Source: a virus
Length of the DNA stretch: 64,000 bases
Virus record (IMG/VR): IMGVR_UViG_3300047311_000725
Strand: one strand, 5' to 3'
Below, one piece after another: positions 7,857-15,896 of the stretch; within the stretch, counting starts at the first letter, position 1; every line of letters starts with the position of its first letter. Both the position numbers and the translations under genes were made by a program. The notes under the pieces are model-generated. The model was not told the DNA's origin and searched no databases. It was given only the letters and a program-made list of their open reading frames with translations.

Positions 7857-10800
7857 CTAGAGACTTATGTCGTCCACATTGATGAAGGCCTGCATCGTCG
7901 AATGCTGGCTCTGCGCCCACCCCGGCCGGCCGAGCTTCAGGCGCTCGGGGTCATCGTCGATGTCTCTGTTGAAGGTGGCGATGTAGACCGAGCCTTTGCG
8001 GATGACGGGTGAGATCCACTTCCACATGTTCGCGAAGGCCGGGACGTCGAACGTCTCCCCGTCTTCCGTGGCGAACTTGATGAAGGCGAACATCTGCCCG
8101 TTGCGCTGGGGCTTCTCCTTCCACTCCTTCACCACGACCGGGAGCATCGTCATCTCTTCCTCGCCGCCGAGGAACTCCTCCATCGTGGAGACCACCCCAT
8201 CGAACATGGCGGTGATCTTCTTCTTCCGGTCGAGGATCTCGAAGGGAGTACCCGCGAGGCTGAACTCCATGAGCTCGTTCTCGAGGAAGACCTTCTCGTG
8301 GAGCTTGAAGTCTTCGATCTTCTCATCCGTCATGATCCGGGAGTAGAGCTCGTCCCAGCGTGGACGGCCCTTGACCGACTGGACTCGGGCCAGCTTCGGA
8401 CCGCCTGACACCTTCTCGTCGACGATCTTCAGCTCCCCGTCGAGGGTGACGAGGACGTTGTCGGTCCACTTCCGGTATGCCTCCCAGAGCCGCTTGATGT
8501 TGCCGCAGCCGGGGAGAGACCCGAAGGCTCCCACCTGGATGAGCGCCTCGACCGCCGTCTTGTTGGCCTTGGACCTGTCGAGGAAGTCCTGGAACGAGGT
8601 GTATGGTTGGTTGGCCACGATCTTTTCGATCACGGACGGACCCACGCCGAGGACACGTCCGAGGGCCAGCCGGATGCACAGGCCCTCGATGATGTTGGCC
8701 GCCCGGCTCTTGTTGATGTCCACCGGGAGGATCTTGATCCCCGTCTTCTGGATGTCTGCCACCAGAGTCTGGATCGCGTTGGCCTGCGCCTTCGTCAGGG
8801 CCGCCGTGTAGAACTCCAGCGGGTAGTAGGTCGCCAGGTGCGCCGTCTGCATCGTGGTGAGGGAGTAGGCATCCGAGTGGCTCTTGTTGAAGGCGTAGCC
8901 GCCGAAGGCCTTGATGTCTTCCCAGAGCTTCAGGGTCTTGTCTTCGGGGAAGCCGTGCTCCATGCAGCCCTTGTGGAAGCTGGCGTAGAGGACGTCGTTC
9001 TCCTGCTTCAAGAACTCTTCCGTCTTGCTCTTGTCCTTCTTCAGCAGGACCTTGCGGACGCGGTTGACTTCCTTGCCCGTCATCTTGCCGAAGACGGAGC
9101 AGACCTTCATGAGCTGCTCCTGGAAGACGAGGCAGCCCTTGGTCGAACCGAGGATCTCGTCCAGCACCGGGTGACCGAGGGAGGCGATCTCCCCGTGCTT
9201 CGCCGTGACGTAGACCTTGTCATACCCACCCTTGAGCGGGCCGGGGCGGTAGAGAGAGCAGATGGCCGAGACGTCGACGAAGCTGTCCGGCTTGACCCGC
9301 TTGGCCAGCGCCCGGATGCCCGGGTTCGAGAACTGGAAGATGGCTCCGAAGTTCCCGTCCCAGAAGATGTTCTTCATGACCTTGATGTCATCGAGGTCCA
9401 TGTTGTGCGAACGCAGTCCCTCGTAGAGTTCGTCGAAGCTCTTGCCGGTCCGTGAGCTGATGTGTTCCAGGGCGCACCGGATGACGCGCAGGTTGGCCAG
9501 CCCGAGGATGTCCATCTTGACGAAGCCCATGGCCGAGAGGTTCTTGTTGACGATGCCCTCGGTGAACGAGCACTGGACGACCATCTCGCCTTCTTCGGCC
9601 AGTGTGTCGTCCTCCCCGTCTTCGTTGTCCTTGGTCTTCTTGCCCTTGGCCTTGGCGACGAAGCAGCTGGTCTCCGCCGGCAGGTTGTCGCCGATGATGA
9701 CACCAGCCGCGTGCCGGGTGACGTGCCTGATCCGGCCGTAGAGAGTCTTGATCTTGCTGCCCAGGTCGGGGTTCTCTTCCACGAAGGTGTTGAACGACGG
9801 GCTGACCCGGATGATGTCGTCCAGCTTGACCACGAGGGTGCTCTTGTCCTGGTCCACGTAGAGGACCTTGAGCTCCTTGTCGATCTGCCGGTTGAGCTTG
9901 TTGATGAGGTTGTGGTCGACGCCGTACACACGCCCCAGGTCCTTCAGCAGTCCCTTGATCTGGAACGTGCCGTACGAGCTGAGGGAGGCGACGTTGTCGT
10001 CCCCGAACATCTTCTGAAGCATCCGCTTGGCGGCCTTGGGATCCTCGAAGTCCGTGTCGATGTCGGGGAGCTCGGCGCGGTCGATGTCGAGGAAGCGTTC
10101 GAAGAGCAGGTCTCTCTTGATCGGGTCGAGGTCCGTGATGCCCAGGCACCAGCACACGAGGGAGCCGGCGGCTGAGCCGCGGCCTGGACCGACAAGCATG
10201 TACTTCTTGGCTTCCTCGATGATCTGCTGGCAGACGAGGAAGTAGTTCGAGATCCCCTTCTGCTTGATGACCCCGAGCTCGAAGAGGAGGCGGTCCTTGT
10301 AGATCTCGTTCTCCGCCAGTCCCAGCTTCTTCAGGCCGGCGATGGCCCGCATGCCCATCTCCTTGTAGGGATTGGCGAAGGGGAGGGTGGGCAGGCGCTG
10401 GTGAGTGTCGGGCTCGAAGTCCTCGATGAGGCTGTCGATGAGGAGCGTCCCCTGGAACGCCTCCATCGCGGTCTTCGGATCGATGCAGTGACCGGCCAGC
10501 TTCTCGTAGGTGAGCCACATCTCCTCGGGAGACTTCACAAAGAGCTGCTTGACCTGTGAGTCGAGCTTCTGTTCCGGCAGGTCGGCGACCGTCTTCTTGC
10601 TCCAGCCCATGAGGTGGAGAAGCTCTCGTGGCTCCCACTCCGCCTGGGTGGCGTAGTGTGAGTCCGTGGTCACCGTCAGCGGGACGCCCGTCTCCTTGTG
10701 GAGCTGGACGAGGGAGGTGTTGATGTAGTTCTGCTCCTTGTCCATCTCGTTGAACTGGAGCTCGAGGTAGAACCGGCCACGGCCGAAGATCCGGTCGTAG

Positions 10801-11384
10801 TCGAGGACCTCGTTCTTGACGTCCTCCCAGGTGCAGGACCCTTCCTTCAGGTCCCACAGCCGCTTGGAGATGACGCCGCCCATGCAGGCCGAGGTCGCGA
10901 TCAGGCCCTTGGCGTGCTCCTGGAGCATCACCTTATCCATGCGTGGCTTCTGGTAGAAGCCAAACTTGTGGGCCTTGAACGTGAGCTGGTAGAGGTTGCT
11001 GAGACCCTCCCGGTTGCTGGCGAGGATGACGAGGTGGCCCTTGCGTCGAAGGGCCTTGGGATCGACGACGTCACCGTCGGCGGTGTACTCGTTGTCTTCC
11101 TTCTTGGCGCCCTTCCGCTTCTGGGAGTCGATCTCCCCCTTCAGCGCCTTCCACTCCTTGAGGTCGTGGATGACGTAGGCTTCCACGCCGAAGACGGTCT
11201 TCACGCCCATCTTCTTCCCCATCAGGTACCAGTCGGCGTGACCGTGTGTCACACCGTGATCGGTGAGGGCGATGGACTTGAGACCCTTCTCCTTCGCGGC
11301 CTTCAGCAGCTCTTCCGGGAGGGAGAGGCCGTCGAAGACCGAGAAGTGAGAATGGTTGTGAAAGGAGGCGAACTCCTTGAGCAT
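7857..11384 (-). CDS. dnaE: DNA polymerase III alpha subunit (DnaE-type, PHP domain)
   Basis: N-terminal PHP motif FHNHSHFSVFDG..LTDHG, 1175 aa C-family polymerase architecture. Confidence 0.9.
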   Translation of the reverse strand: MLKEFASFHNHSHFSVFDGLSLPEELLKAAKEKGLKSIALTDHGVTHGHADWYLMGKKMGVKTVFGVEAYVIHDLKEWKALKGEIDSQKRKGAKKEDNEYTADGDVVDPKALRRKGHLVILASNREGLSNLYQLTFKAHKFGFYQKPRMDKVMLQEHAKGLIATSACMGGVISKRLWDLKEGSCTWEDVKNEVLDYDRIFGRGRFYLELQFNEMDKEQNYINTSLVQLHKETGVPLTVTTDSHYATQAEWEPRELLHLMGWSKKTVADLPEQKLDSQVKQLFVKSPEEMWLTYEKLAGHCIDPKTAMEAFQGTLLIDSLIEDFEPDTHQRLPTLPFANPYKEMGMRAIAGLKKLGLAENEIYKDRLLFELGVIKQKGISNYFLVCQQIIEEAKKYMLVGPGRGSAAGSLVCWCLGITDLDPIKRDLLFERFLDIDRAELPDIDTDFEDPKAAKRMLQKMFGDDNVASLSSYGTFQIKGLLKDLGRVYGVDHNLINKLNRQIDKELKVLYVDQDKSTLVVKLDDIIRVSPSFNTFVEENPDLGSKIKTLYGRIRHVTRHAAGVIIGDNLPAETSCFVAKAKGKKTKDNEDGEDDTLAEEGEMVVQCSFTEGIVNKNLSAMGFVKMDILGLANLRVIRCALEHISSRTGKSFDELYEGLRSHNMDLDDIKVMKNIFWDGNFGAIFQFSNPGIRALAKRVKPDSFVDVSAICSLYRPGPLKGGYDKVYVTAKHGEIASLGHPVLDEILGSTKGCLVFQEQLMKVCSVFGKMTGKEVNRVRKVLLKKDKSKTEEFLKQENDVLYASFHKGCMEHGFPEDKTLKLWEDIKAFGGYAFNKSHSDAYSLTTMQTAHLATYYPLEFYTAALTKAQANAIQTLVADIQKTGIKILPVDINKSRAANIIEGLCIRLALGRVLGVGPSVIEKIVANQPYTSFQDFLDRSKANKTAVEALIQVGAFGSLPGCGNIKRLWEAYRKWTDNVLVTLDGELKIVDEKVSGGPKLARVQSVKGRPRWDELYSRIMTDEKIEDFKLHEKVFLENELMEFSLAGTPFEILDRKKKITAMFDGVVSTMEEFLGGEEEMTMLPVVVKEWKEKPQRNGQMFAFIKFATEDGETFDVPAFANMWKWISPVIRKGSVYIATFNRDIDDDPERLKLGRPGWAQSQHSTMQAFINVDDISL

Positions 11385-11390
11385 AGGAGT

Positions 11391-11401
11391 ATTATATCAC
11401 A
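11391..11401 (-). promoter_or_regulatory. extended -10 promoter CTGTGATATAAT 6 nt upstream of dnaE ATG
   Basis: Plus-strand attatatcaca; no SD between element and ATG (leaderless configuration). Confidence 0.45.
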
Positions 11402-11405
11402 GCTG

Positions 11406-11606
11406 CTACTTCGCGTCCAGGTTTCTGTCGATCATCTCCTTGACGTCGTCGACCGCCTTGTCCGGTCTCGTGTTGAACGCCGTGCCTACCCGGCTGCTCG
11501 CCTTGTAGACCACCTTGCCATTCCCGTCGACGGTGTAGCCTTCTTCCTTGAAGCGGGGAGCCTCGTCGACCGAGATGTCTTCCCCGCGGTGCTTGAAGGC
11601 GCTCAC
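11406..11606 (-). CDS. hypothetical protein (66 aa)
   Basis: Small ORF overlapping GroES gene stop by 4 nt. Confidence 0.45.
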   Translation of the reverse strand: MSAFKHRGEDISVDEAPRFKEEGYTVDGNGKVVYKASSRVGTAFNTRPDKAVDDVKEMIDRNLDAK

Positions 11607-11908
11607 GCTTCCTCCGGCAGGTAGCGGCCGAGGATGTCCTCGTTCCGCACGACGAGGTACTCACGACGGTTGATGGTCGCCTTCATGCCGCCGAGGGCGT
11701 CGATGAGGACCGCGTCTCCGGGCTTGAACTTGCTGGTCACCGTCGCCCCGTTCACGAGGTAGGTCTCGCTGACCGCGACCACCTTGCCCTTCTTCGGGCC
11801 CTCCTGAGAGACGGTCTGCGGGACGTAGAGGCCGCTCTCCGTCTGGTCACCCACCTCGTCGAGGTCGATGGCGACGCGGTTGCCGTTCAGTTCGAGATTG
11901 AATCCCAT
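11603..11908 (-). CDS. groES: co-chaperonin GroES (Hsp10)
   Basis: GLYVP, GKVVAVSE, PGDAVLI motifs characteristic of GroES; 101 aa. Confidence 0.8.
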   Translation of the reverse strand: MGFNLELNGNRVAIDLDEVGDQTESGLYVPQTVSQEGPKKGKVVAVSETYLVNGATVTSKFKPGDAVLIDALGGMKATINRREYLVVRNEDILGRYLPEEA

Positions 11909-11921
11909 GTGCTGCTCCTTT

Positions 11922-12986
11922 TTAGAAAATCCACCAGAGGTTCTTACGGCTTTCCCGTCCGCTCGGCATCCCGAGGAACGTGCGCCAGATCCGAGTCGAA
12001 GACTCCACGAAGTCGTTCAGGGCTTCCTGCTGCACCTTGACCGTCTTGTGGCTGCTCTCCAGTGCGCGGATGGCCTCGGTTGCCGCCTCCGAGGTGTCGT
12101 CGATGTTGGACTGGTACCTTTCCGGCACCCAGCTGACGGCCTCTCCGACGATCACTGGCACCCCGCTGGACACGGCGTCCGCGGCCACCAGGCAGAAGGT
12201 CTCGGTGGCGGACAGCTGGAAGACCAGGTCCATCTCAGCGATGGTCTCCCGGAAGGTGGCCGCGTCCTGCCAGCTCACCTCGATCAGCTTCGCCCAGGGG
12301 AGACCAGCGAAGAGGTTCCGCATCGTGTTCCGGACGCTGTGACCTCCCGGGGTATTGTCGGTATTGACGTAGAACTCCAGCTGCCGGTCGAGGCGGACGG
12401 CGACCTGAAGGGCCGCCAGTGCCGCGGAAGAGTGGAGCTTCAGGAGCCGGGTGGCACCGAAAGAAGCCAGCCTGAGGATGCGATCGTGGCTGTGCTTCTT
12501 CGGGGGAGACCCGTCCCAGTCGAAGAGGTTCGGCAGGTAGAGCACGTCGCCGTAGACTTCCCCGAGAGAGTTGCAGAACTCCTGGTTGTTGCTGGAGAAA
12601 GAGATGTTCGGGTACTCTTCCCCGAGGTCGATGAGGGCCCGGATGACCGGGATGGCCTCGGGCTCGACCTGGAGGAACCCGATCTTGGAGTGCGCCCGCA
12701 CCACGATCTTGAGGTGGGGGTGGGCGTGGGACAGGAGGACGACCTCGGACGCCTTGACCCAGACCGCCTCGATGACGGCGTGGGTGATGTCCGGGTTGGC
12801 CCGAAGGTAGGCCGCCAGCTCGTCGAAGCTGGACACGGCGACGAGGTCTACGTCTACACCCTCCCGACGGAGGACGCCGACGGTGTGCAGCGCGTTCGCC
12901 GCCAGTCCGCCCGTGTGGTAGGGATTGTGACCCTGTCCTGAGGACTTGGACTTGTAGAAGATCCTGAGCTTTGTCGTGCGCTTCAT
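11922..12986 (-). CDS. GT-B fold glycosyltransferase, GT4-like
   Basis: C-terminal ETFCLVAADAVSSGVPVI matches GT4 E-x7-E donor-binding motif; 354 aa. Confidence 0.7.
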   Translation of the reverse strand: MKRTTKLRIFYKSKSSGQGHNPYHTGGLAANALHTVGVLRREGVDVDLVAVSSFDELAAYLRANPDITHAVIEAVWVKASEVVLLSHAHPHLKIVVRAHSKIGFLQVEPEAIPVIRALIDLGEEYPNISFSSNNQEFCNSLGEVYGDVLYLPNLFDWDGSPPKKHSHDRILRLASFGATRLLKLHSSAALAALQVAVRLDRQLEFYVNTDNTPGGHSVRNTMRNLFAGLPWAKLIEVSWQDAATFRETIAEMDLVFQLSATETFCLVAADAVSSGVPVIVGEAVSWVPERYQSNIDDTSEAATEAIRALESSHKTVKVQQEALNDFVESSTRIWRTFLGMPSGRESRKNLWWIF

Positions 12987-13002
12987 CGCGAGAGTCTCCA
13001 GG

Positions 13003-13557
13003 CTAAGCCTTGGGGTTGTTTACCTTCAGAGTGGTAAGTAGCTCGTCTAGATCTTCTCTTTGCGTCCCGCATCGGACAAGCGGGATCCGCAGGTCGGACA
13101 GCATCCCATAGACGCCGTTGTCGATCTGCTTGGCCTGCTCCTCGTTCTGGAACCGACCCTCCTGCTTGTACGGCTTGGTGCGCTCCAGGAAGACGTGGTG
13201 GTGCTGGTGGCCGTCCTCGGCCGCCTGCCGGTAGTAGGCGAGGGTCATGGCCCGGACTCCCTCACTGACCGAGAGGGGAGAGAACTTGCTGGCGTAGTAG
13301 ATGCCCAGCATGATCGGGGCGTCGGTGACGATCATGTCCACCTTCCCGTAGAGGAAGCTCTCCCGACGGACCTGCTTGCCGAGCAGGTAGATCTGGTCGT
13401 AGGTGGAGATCGTGCGACCCTCCCACGCCCAGTCCTTGACGTACTCCCGCACGAGCTCGGCGTTCTTCCCCTGCGACTTCAGCAGGTAGAAGAGGTAGGC
13501 CGCCGAGGTGGACTTGCCGGTGCCCGGTCCACCGTAGAGATTGATGACTACGCTCAT
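13003..13557 (-). CDS. P-loop NTPase/kinase (AAA_33 / polynucleotide-kinase-like)
   Basis: Walker A GGPGTGKST at N-terminus (MSVVINLYGGPGTGKST), ~184 aa. Confidence 0.6.
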   Translation of the reverse strand: MSVVINLYGGPGTGKSTSAAYLFYLLKSQGKNAELVREYVKDWAWEGRTISTYDQIYLLGKQVRRESFLYGKVDMIVTDAPIMLGIYYASKFSPLSVSEGVRAMTLAYYRQAAEDGHQHHHVFLERTKPYKQEGRFQNEEQAKQIDNGVYGMLSDLRIPLVRCGTQREDLDELLTTLKVNNPKA

Positions 13558-13823
13558 TAGTACCTCTGGTCGTAGATGATGTGTTCGATCTTCGCCCTGA
13601 CCAGGGGGAGACCGTTGCGATTGGCCAGTCTGATGGCGCCGCGCATCTCGTCTTCGATCACTCCCTGCGACCCGTGCCACGCCGTCCAGTAGCAGTAGAG
13701 TCGTTGGCCGAGGACGGGATCGCCCTCGATCCGGCTGAACTTCCAGCCGTAGGGACACGACGCCTCGGCGAGCTTCGCCTGTTCAGCGTCGAACGTCAGG
13801 TGGCACTCGTACCCTCTATCCAT
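13557..13823 (-). CDS. hypothetical protein (88 aa)
   Basis: ORF with protein-like composition, ATGA overlap with downstream P-loop gene. Confidence 0.5.
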   Translation of the reverse strand: MDRGYECHLTFDAEQAKLAEASCPYGWKFSRIEGDPVLGQRLYCYWTAWHGSQGVIEDEMRGAIRLANRNGLPLVRAKIEHIIYDQRY

Positions 13824-14034
13824 CCACCACCTTCTTCAGCTCTTCCAGTTCCCGCTCCATCTCCGGGATCGCCGCCGCCCGTTCCTTGGCGTGCTGGATC
13901 TGGCAGGTCAGGACGCAGACCTTGCAGTACATCTGGTACGCGCCGTGGATGTAGGCCATCGTACCCTCCGTCCAGATCTCCGTCCCCTGACGGGTCAGGC
14001 ACCTGGCGCAGATGTCTCCCGGCAACCGGCCCAT
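13816..14034 (-). CDS. small zinc-ribbon-like protein (72 aa, CARC...CKVC)
   Basis: Start ATG 14032-14034 overlaps MazG stop (TGATG); two CxxC pairs. Confidence 0.35.
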   Translation of the reverse strand: MGRLPGDICARCLTRQGTEIWTEGTMAYIHGAYQMYCKVCVLTCQIQHAKERAAAIPEMERELEELKKVVDG

Positions 14035-14411
14035 CAGTAGCCCTTGGCCAGTCTTTCCTTGACGGTCTTGTTCTTGCGGCAGTACTCCTCGTAGAGGTCG
14101 TCCGCCCCGATCCCGCTGAGGAGACAGATCTCGAGGAAGAACGCGAAGGCGTCCCCGAGCTCTTCCTTGTAGTGACCGAAGTCGAGGGTGCGATCGTCGG
14201 TCAGCCGGTGCATCTTGTTCTTGAGGGTGGCCATCGCCTCGTGGAGTTCGTCGGAGAGGTTGAAGGCCGTCTCCTTGATGAGGCGTTGGCCGGGCTTGGT
14301 GGTGAGGTCCACCGGCCACTCGGGAAGCTTGTCGTTCACGCGCAGGAGTTCCATGAACTCCTCTTGACGCTTGAAGACGTCGTACAACATGTCGGGGGGA
14401 AGTGCGCTCAT
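14034..14411 (-). CDS. MazG-like NTP pyrophosphohydrolase (paralog 2; candidate dCTPase/dUTPase as in T4 gp56)
   Basis: KEELGDAFAFFLEI and upstream ELHEAMATL acidic helices typical of MazG/dimeric dUTPase fold; 125 aa. Confidence 0.7.
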   Translation of the reverse strand: MSALPPDMLYDVFKRQEEFMELLRVNDKLPEWPVDLTTKPGQRLIKETAFNLSDELHEAMATLKNKMHRLTDDRTLDFGHYKEELGDAFAFFLEICLLSGIGADDLYEEYCRKNKTVKERLAKGY

Positions 14412-14413
14412 TC

Positions 14414-14454
14414 TGTGATCCTCCGCTGATTAAATATGGGAGCGGAGGTCACAG
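14414..14454 (-). promoter_or_regulatory. RNA hairpin (14/15-bp inverted repeat) whose 3' arm contains the GGAGG RBS of the MazG-like gene
   Basis: Plus-strand ctgtgatcctccgct ... agcggaggtcacag separated by 12 nt loop; SD 8 nt before AUG lies inside stem. Confidence 0.4.
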
Positions 14455-14460
14455 GGACAA

Positions 14461-14940
14461 TCAATCCTGGTAGGACGGATTGCCCTTGGCGTCGGTCATG
14501 ACGAGCGGACCGACGTTGGACTTGCAGTTCCACGACTGGGCCGTCGGGTAGTTCTTCTCGACGATCTCGTGGAACCCGGCGCGCAGCCCCTCGTCTTCCG
14601 AGAAGAAGCACACCAGTCCGTTGGCCGCGGTGAGCTGCACCGCCGCCGTGACCAACCGCTCGTCCAGGACGTTCTCCCGGGCGATGAAGATGCGGTCGAA
14701 GACCCGCTCCGCCGACAGGAGCTTCTCGAGCTCCCGCTTGTTCTTGACGGTCGTGATGGTGCGAACGTTGCGCTTCACCGAGGGGAAGTACGCGTTCGAC
14801 CCGATGTAGAGCAGATCCTGACCGCGTCGCAGGTCGGTGACCCGGGTGAAGTCGTCGAACCTCGAGTACTCCTTGGGCGGGTAGCTCGGGGCGACCTCGA
14901 TCTCGAGGTCCTTGATCTGATCGCGGATGTTCTGTCCCAT
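14461..14940 (-). CDS. hypothetical protein (159 aa, starts MGQNIRDQIKD)
   Basis: Upstream 120 codons of listed ORF are Arg/Pro/Gly-rich read-through into the TS-like gene; ATG verified at 14938-14940. Confidence 0.55.
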   Translation of the reverse strand: MGQNIRDQIKDLEIEVAPSYPPKEYSRFDDFTRVTDLRRGQDLLYIGSNAYFPSVKRNVRTITTVKNKRELEKLLSAERVFDRIFIARENVLDERLVTAAVQLTAANGLVCFFSEDEGLRAGFHEIVEKNYPTAQSWNCKSNVGPLVMTDAKGNPSYQD

Positions 14941-14942
14941 GT

Positions 14943-15896
14943 TCAGCCTGCTTTCTTGTCTCCCTTGAGGGACTCTTCGGCGTCCCTCTTTTGCCGGTGT
15001 ACATTCAACTCGTCGGCCAGCCACAGCTCCCCGCCCTCGTACTTGGAGAGCTGGATCTGGTCGATGTAACGCTTGCGAAGCTCTTCCTCGTCGTAGCCCA
15101 GCTTGTCCAGAGACTCGAGGCTGGTGAGGGCCGGCATGGCGTCGTAGCACCTGAAGCCCTCGTCGTAGAGCTTGATGACCTCTTCGGCCATCTCGAAGTG
15201 GCGCTCGTACAGGTGGAGCGAGCCGGCCGTGTGGTAGTACTGGCCGAGGCGCAGGTCCGCGAACTTCGGGTTCTGCCGCTTCAGGTCCAGGAACATGCAC
15301 TCCTGGAAGAGCGTGAAGCTGAAGAGGTCATTCGTCAGGCCCCAGATGGCGTCGTTGGACCGCATGTGGACGTGCAGGTGGAGCGCGCCGTCACGGATGA
15401 AGAACTGGAGCGAGAGGGTGCAGGGCACGTCCTTCGATCCCTGGTGCACCGCCACGTCCGCGTCGATCGGGGCGAAGATGGTCATGACCGCCCGTCGACT
15501 GTCCGAGTCCCCCGACAGGGTGGCGATGCAGTTGTTCCACTGGCTGTCCATGTCCAGCAGGTCGGACCCCGCCCGGAGCCGGTAGCCGTACGCCGAGTTC
15601 AGCGTGTGGCCGTCGTCCGAGAAGTCCTTCATCCGCCGGTTGTAGTAGAGCATCATCTCCAGATCCCGGCGACCCTGCCAGTACCAGAGGAACTCCCCGG
15701 CCGCGAACCCGTAGTTCGACTTCCGGGCCGGGTTGTGGATGAAGCGGGACCGCGGGTCCGTCAGGACGAGCGTGAGGGCCAGGTCTTCCTTGATCTTCTG
15801 TCCACGCGGGGCGCAGACGAAGTCGGGGTTCCGGCTCAGCTTCCGAAGGAGCTTGACGAAGATGTCGTCGAACGAGACTCCGAGGATATCAGCCAT
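14943..15896 (-). CDS. thymidylate synthase-family dNMP hydroxymethylase (candidate dCMP hydroxymethylase; canonical ThyA not excluded)
   Basis: DVPCTLSLQFF (catalytic Cys, PC motif) and HMRSNDAIWGLTNDLFSF aligning to E. coli ThyA QRSCDVFLGLPFNIASY; Asp aligns at the Asn177 specificity position. Confidence 0.7.
   Translation of the reverse strand: MADILGVSFDDIFVKLLRKLSRNPDFVCAPRGQKIKEDLALTLVLTDPRSRFIHNPARKSNYGFAAGEFLWYWQGRRDLEMMLYYNRRMKDFSDDGHTLNSAYGYRLRAGSDLLDMDSQWNNCIATLSGDSDSRRAVMTIFAPIDADVAVHQGSKDVPCTLSLQFFIRDGALHLHVHMRSNDAIWGLTNDLFSFTLFQECMFLDLKRQNPKFADLRLGQYYHTAGSLHLYERHFEMAEEVIKLYDEGFRCYDAMPALTSLESLDKLGYDEEELRKRYIDQIQLSKYEGGELWLADELNVHRQKRDAEESLKGDKKAG

Noticed and set aside
9374-10857. 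Overlapping 185-aa and 489-aa minus-strand ORFs inside dnaE
   Set aside because: Alternative frames of the DnaE gene with Arg/Pro/Gly-rich composition; DnaE frame has clear PHP and polymerase motifs
14408-15004. 198-aa ORF and the first ~120 codons of ORF 14461..15300
   Set aside because: Arg/Pro/Gly-rich wrong-frame read-through of the thymidylate-synthase-like gene; the real gene starts at the internal ATG 14938-14940
14943-15896. Calling this gene a canonical thymidylate synthase (ThyA)
   Set aside because: Not fully rejected. However, the Asp at the Asn177-equivalent position favours dCMP hydroxymethylase, as do the co-occurrence of a BGT-like glucosyltransferase and a MazG-like dCTPase candidate.
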